DNA of 64,000 bases from a virus, in IMG/VR virus record IMGVR_UViG_3300010885_057925, positions 1 to 64,000 of that record; one strand, written 5' to 3'. A program made the position numbers and the translations under genes. The notes under the pieces were generated by a model. It saw only the letters and a list, made by a program, of their open reading frames with translations, ran no database searches and was not told the origin of the DNA. Of the stretch, positions 34,952 through 44,392 are shown piece after piece (position 1 is the stretch's first letter; each line of letters begins with the position of its first letter).

Positions 34952-37900
34952 CAGGCCCTTGTCTTAGGTACATTATTGTATTCATAGTGAGCCACTTGAT
35001 TACTGCGAGTTCCACGACCGTATGGGCTCTCCTCGCCGCCCTCCGTGATCTTGGTGATTGTCTCCCCGACCGGGTATATCGGGGCGCGGTTGAACCCTTC
35101 GTGGTCGAGGCCCGGGGCGATGTCGTGCATGACATCAAACTGCATATCGACGGTGCAGTAGCGTGGAGCTCGATTTCCTGGACCGTCATCACCAGCCCCC
35201 CAGGGCGCGTCCATCCACCCGAATTTGAGTGAGGTGCAGACGGCGGGTAGACCCTTGCCCATCGTCGATTCGAATGATCGAATGATAGCGTTGTTGTCAA
35301 CGTGGTAGAACGTATCTTTGTCCATGGCAGGACCAGAAGTGATTGATCCGCTGCTCACAAGAAACGGCTCCGGTTCTGTTCTGTTGACAAAGACAGCGTC
35401 CGTCGTTTCAACAGAAGTTTTTACAGCACCAGTAAATTCTGCAGGCCAAGCGCCATATTTTTTCCCGCTGACGTTGAATTGATAATAGTACTTGCCCTTT
35501 TCTTCAGCTTTTGTTTTAACTAATTTAGTCCCAGCGGGAACTTCCAATTTAACTACTTTTCCGCCGGGAGGATTGGCACTGATTGTTAGTTTTCTCGTTG
35601 TGGTGGTCGGACCAGCTTTCTTGCTCGCAGCTCTCAGAGTATCTTGAATTACGTTTCCGTTATCGTCTTTAACTTCACGTTGTCTTGTCCCGTATACATC
35701 GTCAGTCACCGTAGTGTACTGCAGGTTCGAATTTTCTTTTTGCTTGCTCGATATATCGGGGTCGGTGAACCCGAAGAGTCTTTTCAGGTTGAAACGTGAG
35801 TAGTTCGAACGGATCAGGTCACCAACGCGAACCCTTATGACTGGCGTCGCTGTCGGAATCTGGGAGAATGGCTGGATAAACGGAAACTTCGTCTGGTTCC
35901 CGCCCGCATTGTTCGTTCCTTGAACTATCTCAAGCTGACGACCCTTCGACCACTGCGGGTAGACCATCGTGGTCAGCTTATTGATCTGCCACCACATGTG
36001 ATCGAAATCGTCTGGGTTCGCGGCGAATAGGTGGAATTTAACGCTGAGCGATCGTTTCGTTCCCTTATAGATCTTCGCGTCCTCGATACGACCGTAGCCA
36101 GAGATAGATGAGTACTCAGCCTGAAATCCGTCCGAAACATCGTCCAGAAATGCGTTAAACGAGATGATCTCGTTCGTGCGAAGATCCTGGAAGTAGAAAG
36201 GCATGTACTCGGCGTCGAGGAGCTGCTCGATCTTACCGACTTGCTCCGGAGTGAAACGATTTTTTCCTTTCGGCGAGTCACCGAAGAGAAGATTAGTTTT
36301 AAACTGCGATGTTTCTAAAGCTTCGTTAATTCTTTTCTTATATTGCGCTGGCAACAGTCGCAGAGCAGGTATATTGTATCCATCGATAGAGGTTATTTTT
36401 GAACCCTCGGCTATTTTCGGTGATCTTATTCTGCCTGCAGCACGGGCGACTTCGGACCTAAAATCCTCGATCTCATTAATGTTGTACTCTCTCGATGCAT
36501 CGTATCGAAGATAAATCATATCGCCCGATTTGGCAAAAACCTCAACGATGTCGACGATGCCAGCGGAGAATATCGATTCTACGACACCTGAAGTTGCGAA
36601 ACTGATCACGTCCGGTGTCGACCTGACCTCAGCTGCTATCGAGTTGATGTTCTTTGATATGTTTCTGAAGATCGTCTCGTAATAACCTCGTTCCTGCTTT
36701 AGGGCAGCAAGTTCTAGCGTTCTTGCTGCTAGACCCAGGGAAATCTCGAGAAAAGAGAAAGCTTTATTTTGATCAGGTGAAGAGTCAGGATTGACGCCCA
36801 TGAAAGCCGAGAATCCGAGCATCGCGCATTCGAAGTACCCACGCCCAGACACTGGCCTGTAGAACTCTGGCGCCCCGGCGCTTTTGACGAGATTCGAAGC
36901 GAAAGACATCAGGCGATCGAACCCAGCAGAATCTCCAGCAGACGAGGGTTTAGTCCCGTACTTTCCTAGGATAAGAGAGTCATTTTCTGAACCCAGAATG
37001 CTATCGTGGGCACCGATGACCGGCGGTGGAGCACCATCGGCGCCAAAAAGATTCTGAGCTCCAACGATCACCGCGGCGACCGCGGCGATGGAAGCGTAGA
37101 TTGCGATTGAAGTGATCGCGAATGTCGAGATGTTCGATTGCGGAGCTGTGAAAGGCTCGAGCGGGCTGTACGCCACACCGGATGATTTACGGGCGTACCT
37201 ATCTTCTCCGATTCCGTCCGTGGTGATCACGGCGTCAGTTGAGCCCGGGTCGCCCGACATGCGGCGCGTTGTCGAGTTCATGTCGCGTAGAGGGACGTAC
37301 TTCGCGGGACGCAGATCATCAACGTCAACTCGTGATATTCCGGATTGAACTGTCGAAGGCTCAATGCCTGCTCTAAGCGGATTATTCTCATACTGCGCCG
37401 GATCGCCGTGTCCCTTGTTCTTTCCAGTGGCGGCAAGAAGCATGTCAAGGGTCGAGTTTCTGATGTCCTCGATTGATATTCTCTCCGCTCTTGGATCGTA
37501 GGAGCTGCTGAGACCCTCCTCGCCCAAAGTATCCGAAACTGTCGCTCTCGATGATGCAGTTGTCGTGTCCTGATCTGGGAAGTTCGGACGGGCCGGAGAG
37601 GCCGCGTTGCTGCTGTCGACGATCTCGGCGCCCGCTTGGGCTACCGCAGGTCGGTTGAGCATGTAGTGACCGAGCGTGCTCGGTCTTGTGGTCGGATTGT
37701 TGCTCTCTCCGAGTGTGCCCTTATCTACAAGATCGTTGAGGTCACCGCTCCGCCGACCGTCGAACTTGCCCGAGTTTGAGTACTCGAACGTATCGGCGAT
37801 ACGCTCTCCGATCAGATCGGTGAAACCCTTGGTCCTGCTCTCGCCTTCGGCAACAGGAAACGTGTTGGATCGCTCCGGGATCGAGCCTGCAAACTCGACG

Positions 37901-38061
37901 ACCTCATCTCTCGGAGCACGACCACGAGTGATCGAGGCAAGATACGAGCCGAGGGTTCTCTTCTGGTCGCGTGAGACGTCATTCTCGCCGGGAACGACGT
38001 AACCATCGCCATCGGCGTCCTCGAGCTTGGGGTAAGGAGGGTCAAATCGTGTCGTTGACAT
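34951..38061 (-). CDS. Baseplate/tail-tube initiator-like protein
   Basis: PFYFQDLRT...FNAFLDDVSD...YGRIED..IY..T.R.LS..F tube-initiator-like domain, next to the tape measure. Confidence 0.6.
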   Translation of the reverse strand: MSTTRFDPPYPKLEDADGDGYVVPGENDVSRDQKRTLGSYLASITRGRAPRDEVVEFAGSIPERSNTFPVAEGESRTKGFTDLIGERIADTFEYSNSGKFDGRRSGDLNDLVDKGTLGESNNPTTRPSTLGHYMLNRPAVAQAGAEIVDSSNAASPARPNFPDQDTTTASSRATVSDTLGEEGLSSSYDPRAERISIEDIRNSTLDMLLAATGKNKGHGDPAQYENNPLRAGIEPSTVQSGISRVDVDDLRPAKYVPLRDMNSTTRRMSGDPGSTDAVITTDGIGEDRYARKSSGVAYSPLEPFTAPQSNISTFAITSIAIYASIAAVAAVIVGAQNLFGADGAPPPVIGAHDSILGSENDSLILGKYGTKPSSAGDSAGFDRLMSFASNLVKSAGAPEFYRPVSGRGYFECAMLGFSAFMGVNPDSSPDQNKAFSFLEISLGLAARTLELAALKQERGYYETIFRNISKNINSIAAEVRSTPDVISFATSGVVESIFSAGIVDIVEVFAKSGDMIYLRYDASREYNINEIEDFRSEVARAAGRIRSPKIAEGSKITSIDGYNIPALRLLPAQYKKRINEALETSQFKTNLLFGDSPKGKNRFTPEQVGKIEQLLDAEYMPFYFQDLRTNEIISFNAFLDDVSDGFQAEYSSISGYGRIEDAKIYKGTKRSLSVKFHLFAANPDDFDHMWWQINKLTTMVYPQWSKGRQLEIVQGTNNAGGNQTKFPFIQPFSQIPTATPVIRVRVGDLIRSNYSRFNLKRLFGFTDPDISSKQKENSNLQYTTVTDDVYGTRQREVKDDNGNVIQDTLRAASKKAGPTTTTRKLTISANPPGGKVVKLEVPAGTKLVKTKAEEKGKYYYQFNVSGKKYGAWPAEFTGAVKTSVETTDAVFVNRTEPEPFLVSSGSITSGPAMDKDTFYHVDNNAIIRSFESTMGKGLPAVCTSLKFGWMDAPWGAGDDGPGNRAPRYCTVDMQFDVMHDIAPGLDHEGFNRAPIYPVGETITKITEGGEESPYGRGTRSNQVAHYEYNNVPKTRA

Positions 38062-38312
38062 CAGAATCTCCTAGGAGCTCGCTTTGTAGGTGTAGAACCG
38101 TCGTCGTCTATTGATTTCACCGTTTCTTCGCTTGACATTGCTCTTGATAGCTCTGTCAAAGTCCCACCGGGAAGCGCGGAGGTGACAGTGTTATAGTGCT
38201 GCAGGATCGAGGTGAGTTGCTCCTCCACGAGATATCTCTCGTTCTCAGGTACCTGCTCCATCATTGACCTGTAGAACGGGCTTGACTTTATCATGTCGCT
38301 GAAGTTTGTCAT
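38061..38312 (-). CDS. Hypothetical protein
   Basis: 83 aa, translationally coupled to its neighbours. Confidence 0.6.
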   Translation of the reverse strand: MTNFSDMIKSSPFYRSMMEQVPENERYLVEEQLTSILQHYNTVTSALPGGTLTELSRAMSSEETVKSIDDDGSTPTKRAPRRF

Positions 38313-38315
38313 CTA

Positions 38316-41300
38316 TTATTTCCTGAACTCGCCTGTTTCTGCGCTTCTGCTGGAGCGAACGAGTGACTTGTTGGATTCGATGAACTTCTCCGTGCTGAAG
38401 AAGTCGTCGACGCCGTCTGTAGTTGTGAGGAACTTCTCAAACTGCTCCGTCGGCGCGATGTAACCGCTCATGACGAGCTCCTCGCTCATCTTCTGCGCGT
38501 TCATATTAACCGTCATCGCAACCTTAACGACCACCGCGCCACCGTTAACGCTCATCGTTGTCTTCGCGACATTCATGTTCTCCGACATAGCGTCGAGGGT
38601 CGCATCGAGCGGGATGGTGTCGAGGTTCTCCATGATCTCACGGATTGAGGTGATGTGACCCGTGACGGCCTTGAGTCGATCAGTGAACTGATCGAGCTTG
38701 TAACCCGCGAGCCTCTCGCTGATGCTCTCGGCACGATCAAGATAGGAATCCAAGGGATCGAAGACACCATCGAAGCTGAGATTTGAGCCTACGCTCTCGT
38801 AAGCTAATAGCGATAGAGCGCCCATTCCGTTGGGATTTATAGCAGCATCCTGGAAGAGCCAAGACAGCTCGGCGATGGGACCTCCCTCTTCGCCCAGGGC
38901 TTTCATCGATCTCGCGGCGCGTCTCTGATCGCCGACCGTCATTCCCGAAAGCTTCTGGACCAGCTCGGAAACTTTCTCTATCACGCTGGTCATGCTCAGC
39001 ATCGAGTCAACTTTCTGCTGCATTGAGGCCGCGTCCACGTTTGGAACACCTCTTAGTATATCCTGAATCGATTTTTGAGTTCCGTCTTTGGTCCCAACAG
39101 CTGAGAACAATTGCATCGCGCTCGCCATCGCAAACTTCATCTTCGTGATACTTTCACTTGTTATATTGGTACCGCCGATGTTCTTTGCGATGTCAGAGAT
39201 TGCAGAGATTACTTTTGAAATTGAGCCCAACGCGTTCGCTTTCGCTTCGAGGCCCGTCGCATCGAAATTTGGTATGATCTGCAAGTATGACTGTATACCG
39301 TGGAGCTGACCACTTGAGGAAACTGAGTATCTAAAGAGATCGACAAAATGCGAGACTACGGCCTTAACCCGTCCGATTCTATCTCCCATTTTTCCGTCTC
39401 CGAACGCATCGAATGATTTCATCGCGTTTCCGATCGATACGACGGCTTTTCCAAGAGATTCAACGACCTGGCTCAAGGCTGTGATGCTTCCGATCTTTCC
39501 TGCCATTGAAGACCCGACTGCAGCTGCGCTATTAATCGCCGTCTTAAAATCGTTACCACCCATTATGTCAACGATTCCGATGATAAGAGCTCTCATCGAT
39601 GTTAGCAGTGACTTGATGGTTGATGTTCCTTCTGTCTCGCCCTCTTCCTTCTTGCCACCAGGGAGGAACGACTTGATCGCCGCGAGAGCACCAGCGCCTG
39701 CAAGCACCACACCGACAGCGCTGGCTGGCATCTTGGATATCGCGAATCCGATGGCTGCGATAATCCCACCGACTGCCAGCATTATCGCGCCGAGAGTGCC
39801 TCCAAGCACGAGAAGTCCCGTTACACTCACACCGCTTAGCTTATTCGCTGCCTCTCCGATGTAATCGATGAAGCTTTTACCGTCCTCACCCGGTTTTATG
39901 AAGGATTCTATCGCGTCCTTTACGGCAGCCGATATCGTCTTAATTCCATACGCGATCGCGGCGTACGTTGCGGCGGATCCCATCGCCTTGACTATCGTGC
40001 CTAGACCCTCCATCATACCACGGCTACGTTCGGCCAGCGCTGTCAGCGCTCCTGCGACGCCCGTACCTGTTCCCCCACCGGTGCCCGGTGAACCGACCGA
40101 CTCAGTAGCTGCCCTCACATCTGAAGCTGTGTTGGAGAGCTCAGCTGGAACGGCAGAACCACCCGTGAATATGTTCTTGATGAACTCGATCAGGTTTCCA
40201 GCGAATCCGCTGACCATCGAAAAGATCGGACCGCCTGCGACGAACAGCCCACCCAGTGCCGTCGCGATCGGATACTCTTTGAACATACGGATCAACATGT
40301 CCATGAGCGCGTCACCGAATTCAACGATGAGAGGCATCAGCGTCGGCAGTTGGTCTTTCAGAGTGTTGAAGACATCGATGATTGCAGTGAGGAGCTCTCC
40401 CAGGATGCTTCCGCTCGTCTTCGGACCAGGCTGGAAGGCGCTCTTCATCGCGTCTATCATCGATTGCAGGCCAGTCTTGATCATGGGCACGAGGCTCTTG
40501 ATGATGGACGGTAGTGCCTTAAAGACTTCGGTGAATATCTTCCCGATAACAGAGAGCATCGTCGAGATTATTCCAGAGAGAGTTGATCCCGAGCCTGACA
40601 GCAGGTTCATCAGGCCGCCCTTGCCGTCCTCGCCCAGTATGAAGTGCTCGATCGCTTGTCCCAGCGTCTTTCCAGCCGTGAGATCGCCCGCAAAGATCTT
40701 GGCTAAATTCGAAAACCCCTTTGAAAAGTCGCTGATCAGCTTGATAAAGCCGCTGATTCCATCTCCCATCTCAGAATTCATGAATATCGATCCGATCATT
40801 CTACCGACGTCGACCCCGATGTGGAAAACCTCTCCAAGAGCGATTGCCAGATCAGTGATTATCGGCATGAGCGACGTTCCGAAGCCGCGCATGAAACCCT
40901 TCATAAACGCATCAAGGAACCCCATGAAGGGTTCCATCCTGACGATCACGTTCTCGATATTGTCAGCAAGCTCCGATATGATCTGCTGCTGTGACTTCTG
41001 CTGCTTGGCAGCGGCATCAGCTTTCCCAGAGACCTGATCATAGCTGAGACCCATGCCCTTTGACGAGAACGCTAACATCGCCTGTTGCTCATCGAGACCC
41101 GCAGAATCAGCGAGCAGCTTACGCTCGGCCCTGCTCATCGCTTCGATCGAGCGACCTGTCGCAGCGAACGCTTTCCTCATCTCGTCGAGTCGCTTCGCGG
41201 GATCCTGCTCACGCATCATCTTCAGTGGGTCGATGACGAGACCGAAGCCCTGGGCGAGCTGGGCTGCTGCCTCCGCGCCCTGCTCGAAATCGTCGAACTT

Positions 41301-42275
41301 GCCCGCTAAGTTTGCAAGCTCGTTGAGCTCGATACCGAGCTTACGGGTGAACGCAGCTGATATGATCGTCTGCTTGACGTAATCACCCGTTGTCTTACCA
41401 AGCACCTGGAAGTTTGTGATCGCAGCGGCAACGTCCTTGCCGAGAAGCTTGGTTGAGATTCCTAAAGACCTTCCGATCTTGTTGACATTGTTGAGGATGC
41501 CTTGGCTGAAATCCTTCAGGCTGAGAGACGACATCCTCGAGAGGACACCAACTTTCTTGAGCTGCTCACCGCTGAACCCGAGCGATTTGTTGAGCATGTA
41601 CGTCTGGGCAGTAGCCTGGCTGAAATCCTCTCCCAGGACATCGAACACTGCCCCAAGATCACCGGCGTATTCCTTCATCAGCTCGAGGCGCTCTATTGTT
41701 CCTTCAATCCCTGGTGCGAACTTGGAGCCGAAGTAATAAGCTCCATCAGCCGAATCTCTCAGCTGGCCATCGAAATCCCCTAGAGCGCGTTTGACTCTGC
41801 CCGATGTGTTCTCTGCAAAGCTTCCGAACGCTTCTCGAACTTTCTCAAAAGCGTCGCGAAGATTGTACATAGATTCGATCAGCTTGTTAGCCATCTCAAG
41901 CGCGCCTTCGTACGCCGTGCCGAGAAATCCGAGGATCGAAGTCATGGGAGTAGTGATAGCCGTGAACAGGGAGCTCACGTTCGTCTTGAGCAGCTCCCAC
42001 GAGTTCGACAGCATGTCGGTGATGCTAAGACCACGAGACATCGTGTCAAAGGCTCCCGAGGCGGCAGTAGCAGCGGCGTCTGCAGCGGCAGCGAAATCAT
42101 TTGTCGCGTTGCCTGCATCGCGCATGGAACCAGCGGCGATGCCGCCGGCCTCCTTGATCTCGCGGAGTATCTGGAGCTGCTCACCCATCGCGATAGTCAT
42201 ATCACGGGTGTTAGCAGCGTTCTCAGCGAGGAGACGCCGCATCTGCTCCATAAGCTCTATCTGTGCTGGATCCAT
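38316..42275 (-). CDS. Tape measure protein
   Basis: 1319 aa, Ala/Gly-rich and helical with hydrophobic segments; downstream of tube and chaperones. Confidence 0.8.
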   Translation of the reverse strand: MDPAQIELMEQMRRLLAENAANTRDMTIAMGEQLQILREIKEAGGIAAGSMRDAGNATNDFAAAADAAATAASGAFDTMSRGLSITDMLSNSWELLKTNVSSLFTAITTPMTSILGFLGTAYEGALEMANKLIESMYNLRDAFEKVREAFGSFAENTSGRVKRALGDFDGQLRDSADGAYYFGSKFAPGIEGTIERLELMKEYAGDLGAVFDVLGEDFSQATAQTYMLNKSLGFSGEQLKKVGVLSRMSSLSLKDFSQGILNNVNKIGRSLGISTKLLGKDVAAAITNFQVLGKTTGDYVKQTIISAAFTRKLGIELNELANLAGKFDDFEQGAEAAAQLAQGFGLVIDPLKMMREQDPAKRLDEMRKAFAATGRSIEAMSRAERKLLADSAGLDEQQAMLAFSSKGMGLSYDQVSGKADAAAKQQKSQQQIISELADNIENVIVRMEPFMGFLDAFMKGFMRGFGTSLMPIITDLAIALGEVFHIGVDVGRMIGSIFMNSEMGDGISGFIKLISDFSKGFSNLAKIFAGDLTAGKTLGQAIEHFILGEDGKGGLMNLLSGSGSTLSGIISTMLSVIGKIFTEVFKALPSIIKSLVPMIKTGLQSMIDAMKSAFQPGPKTSGSILGELLTAIIDVFNTLKDQLPTLMPLIVEFGDALMDMLIRMFKEYPIATALGGLFVAGGPIFSMVSGFAGNLIEFIKNIFTGGSAVPAELSNTASDVRAATESVGSPGTGGGTGTGVAGALTALAERSRGMMEGLGTIVKAMGSAATYAAIAYGIKTISAAVKDAIESFIKPGEDGKSFIDYIGEAANKLSGVSVTGLLVLGGTLGAIMLAVGGIIAAIGFAISKMPASAVGVVLAGAGALAAIKSFLPGGKKEEGETEGTSTIKSLLTSMRALIIGIVDIMGGNDFKTAINSAAAVGSSMAGKIGSITALSQVVESLGKAVVSIGNAMKSFDAFGDGKMGDRIGRVKAVVSHFVDLFRYSVSSSGQLHGIQSYLQIIPNFDATGLEAKANALGSISKVISAISDIAKNIGGTNITSESITKMKFAMASAMQLFSAVGTKDGTQKSIQDILRGVPNVDAASMQQKVDSMLSMTSVIEKVSELVQKLSGMTVGDQRRAARSMKALGEEGGPIAELSWLFQDAAINPNGMGALSLLAYESVGSNLSFDGVFDPLDSYLDRAESISERLAGYKLDQFTDRLKAVTGHITSIREIMENLDTIPLDATLDAMSENMNVAKTTMSVNGGAVVVKVAMTVNMNAQKMSEELVMSGYIAPTEQFEKFLTTTDGVDDFFSTEKFIESNKSLVRSSRSAETGEFRK

Positions 42276-42325
42276 CTAGTACAGAACCTAACCTTTCTGA
42301 GCTTAACTATGCCCGGAGCAAAAAA

Positions 42326-42601
42326 TCAGAGCTTCCACACAACGCCAGTAGCTTTCCAAAAATCCTCGGCTGCCGATCTTTTTTCCTCAGCGAGCTCAAT
42401 TGCTTTGACGACTGTGGTGTCACGTTCGCCCAGGGCCTCGTACAAGGCCCTTGAGGTCTCGATCGCTCGCTTTGTGGCGTCAACTTGTGCTGGATCGCCC
42501 GAAAGCTTCGGAAACTTTTTATTCTCTCCCAGGATGTACTTGGCCGATTCGATGAAAAGCTCGGCAACAATTTGCTTGTCGCCCTTTGTCTTTTTGCTCA
42601 T
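42326..42601 (-). CDS. Hypothetical protein
   Basis: 91 aa with GGAG RBS and ATATTTA motif upstream. Confidence 0.6.
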   Translation of the reverse strand: MSKKTKGDKQIVAELFIESAKYILGENKKFPKLSGDPAQVDATKRAIETSRALYEALGERDTTVVKAIELAEEKRSAAEDFWKATGVVWKL

Positions 42602-42625
42602 TAGAACACTCTCCGGGATTAAATA

Positions 42626-42893
42626 TCACGAGAATCGACGAAGCCGCGCAGGAGCTTCACCTCTGTGCATTCCGAGCATCGCTCGGGTCTGAGCGTCGTT
42701 CTGATGGGCTGCTCGGGTTGGATCACCCTTCTCTGAAGCTCTTGTGAGCTCCTTATTGAGACGGGTGATGAACCAACTCCTGTACTGCACCGGGATATTG
42801 TAGCATTCCCAGTAGCTGAACCCCATGTAATACATGAGGAGGAACGACTGCTCGAGGTAGTACTCCCTATCGCTCGGCGTCAGGCCAAAAAAA
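42626..42893 (-). CDS. Tail assembly chaperone C-terminal frame (probably reached by frameshift)
   Basis: FFGLTPSDREYYLEQSFLLMYYMGFSY..CYNIPV..R.WFI. The frame opens across the T7 run of the upstream gene and has no clear RBS or start. Confidence 0.65.
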
Positions 42894-43712
42894 GCTTGCC
42901 CCAAGCGGGATTCGCACCTCGCTTATCTCGTTGCAGGATGGGCAGTCGAGCTCTCCCTTCATGTCGATGCCGGGTTCGCTGGAGTCGATATGACGGCGTA
43001 GCTCCATCGAGTCGCGGGCGGGCATGTTCCTGATGAATCCGTTGATCGCACCGCGGTCTGTCTTGCTGTCGATCGCCACGATGGAGTACTGGAGACGGGA
43101 GGTGACGAGGTTGTCAGCAAGAGCCCCCTGCTTCTTGGCGCGCTCGAGGACGGTGTTGATCTCCTCCTCATCACGACCCGTGAGGAACTTGAAGTGGACC
43201 GTCTTCTTCGTGATCGGAAGCTTGAACTCGAAAATGTTCCTGCCGCTCTCGATTGGAGCATACTCGAGCCGCTTGATGGGAAGAGCCGAGAGATCGAACG
43301 TCTGCTTCGACCTAGCATTGCACTTCGGGCACTCCGCCTCGACGTTGTAGTCAGAGCCATAACCGGTGATCCGAAGAGCGACCATGATCGCATTTCTGTC
43401 TCCGACCAGCATGTCAGAAACGTTTATCCTCTTGTCCGTCAGGCAGCTCTTGATGAGCTCCGTGATAACCGTTCCTTTCTTGATGAGAGCACGGGAGGTG
43501 AGGATGTCCTCCTCACGAGCTGTCATCGCGCGAATATCGATCGTCTCTTGACCATGAAGGGGGGACTCCGGAGAATACGCGACACCGTTGGAGGGAAGTG
43601 GGACCGATTCGATCGGCACCTCGTATCCGAAATCGTCCTTCATAACATCACGGGTCTGAATTCCTGCGGGAACTGCGCCACCGAACAGCGCGCTGCGATC
43701 TGTCTCTGCCAA
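42867..43712 (-). CDS. Tail/baseplate assembly chaperone (T4 gp26-like)
   Basis: LPSNG..Y, MTAREEDIL, L.GDR..I....R..GYG, two CPxC motifs, ends FFWP. Confidence 0.8.
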   Translation of the reverse strand: MAETDRSALFGGAVPAGIQTRDVMKDDFGYEVPIESVPLPSNGVAYSPESPLHGQETIDIRAMTAREEDILTSRALIKKGTVITELIKSCLTDKRINVSDMLVGDRNAIMVALRITGYGSDYNVEAECPKCNARSKQTFDLSALPIKRLEYAPIESGRNIFEFKLPITKKTVHFKFLTGRDEEEINTVLERAKKQGALADNLVTSRLQYSIVAIDSKTDRGAINGFIRNMPARDSMELRRHIDSSEPGIDMKGELDCPSCNEISEVRIPLGASFFWPDAER

Positions 43713-43781
43713 TTGAATACTCCCAAAAGTTGCTAATGCAATTCTTTATCGCAGCTAGAGTTCGTAAACATGGCACGACTC

Positions 43782-43820
43782 AAAAGAAAACAAGCTCCGG
43801 AGATCGACTCTCGGAGCTTG
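43782..43820 (-). terminator. Rho-independent terminator after the tail tube gene
   Basis: CAAGCTCCGAGAG-tcga-TCTCCGGAGCTTG followed by TTTTCTTTT on the minus strand. Confidence 0.85.
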
Positions 43821-43862
43821 CTGACTCTTCAGTTCGATAGAAAAATCTATCGAATCATCACG

Positions 43863-44351
43863 TCAATACTGCAACACACAGTTGTCGAAGCGGAGCGTGA
43901 GCGAGATTTCCATGGGATCGTCACCGTCGTAAGCGAGATCACCGAAACCAGCCGACGTAATGAATGCTCCCTTGATGTCCCAGAGCTCGACGACGGTACC
44001 GACGGGGTCGAGCATCTTGAGCTGGCAGTCACGCTTGTAGAAGTCAGCGTAACCAGCGCGGCCTGACACCGACTCGAAGTGGGTACGAACCCATTCCATG
44101 ACCTGCTGCGCACCGGACGGTGCGATGGCATCGTAAAGAGTCACATCGAGAGTGTCGAATGTGGTCTTACCGGCGATGTAGCGGCGAGAGTTGATCCAGG
44201 GGATCTCCTTCTCCTCAGTCTTCACGCTGGGACGCTTCGTCGACTTGATGAGGTAAGCGTCAATTCCTTCGATCGCGAATACCCATCGGTTCTTCCTCTT
44301 TGGTTCGAACTTGTTGGGTAACATGTCAGTGACTGAGAGTGTCTCGGCCAT
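43863..44351 (-). CDS. Tail tube protein (gp19-like)
   Basis: FEPKRKNRW...TLYDAIAPSGAQQVMEW...GYADFYK...LDPVG.VVE.W.IKGAF. Confidence 0.9.
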   Translation of the reverse strand: MAETLSVTDMLPNKFEPKRKNRWVFAIEGIDAYLIKSTKRPSVKTEEKEIPWINSRRYIAGKTTFDTLDVTLYDAIAPSGAQQVMEWVRTHFESVSGRAGYADFYKRDCQLKMLDPVGTVVELWDIKGAFITSAGFGDLAYDGDDPMEISLTLRFDNCVLQY

Positions 44352-44367
44352 TTTATCTCCTGTTCCT

Positions 44368-44374
44368 TAACTAT
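44368..44374 (-). promoter_or_regulatory. Putative late promoter ATAnTTA (tail tube; representative copy)
   Basis: ATAGTTA shortly upstream of the AGGAG RBS; the same motif precedes many structural genes (see findings). Confidence 0.7.
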
Positions 44375-44392
44375 TGTGTTTGTCTTAAAATC

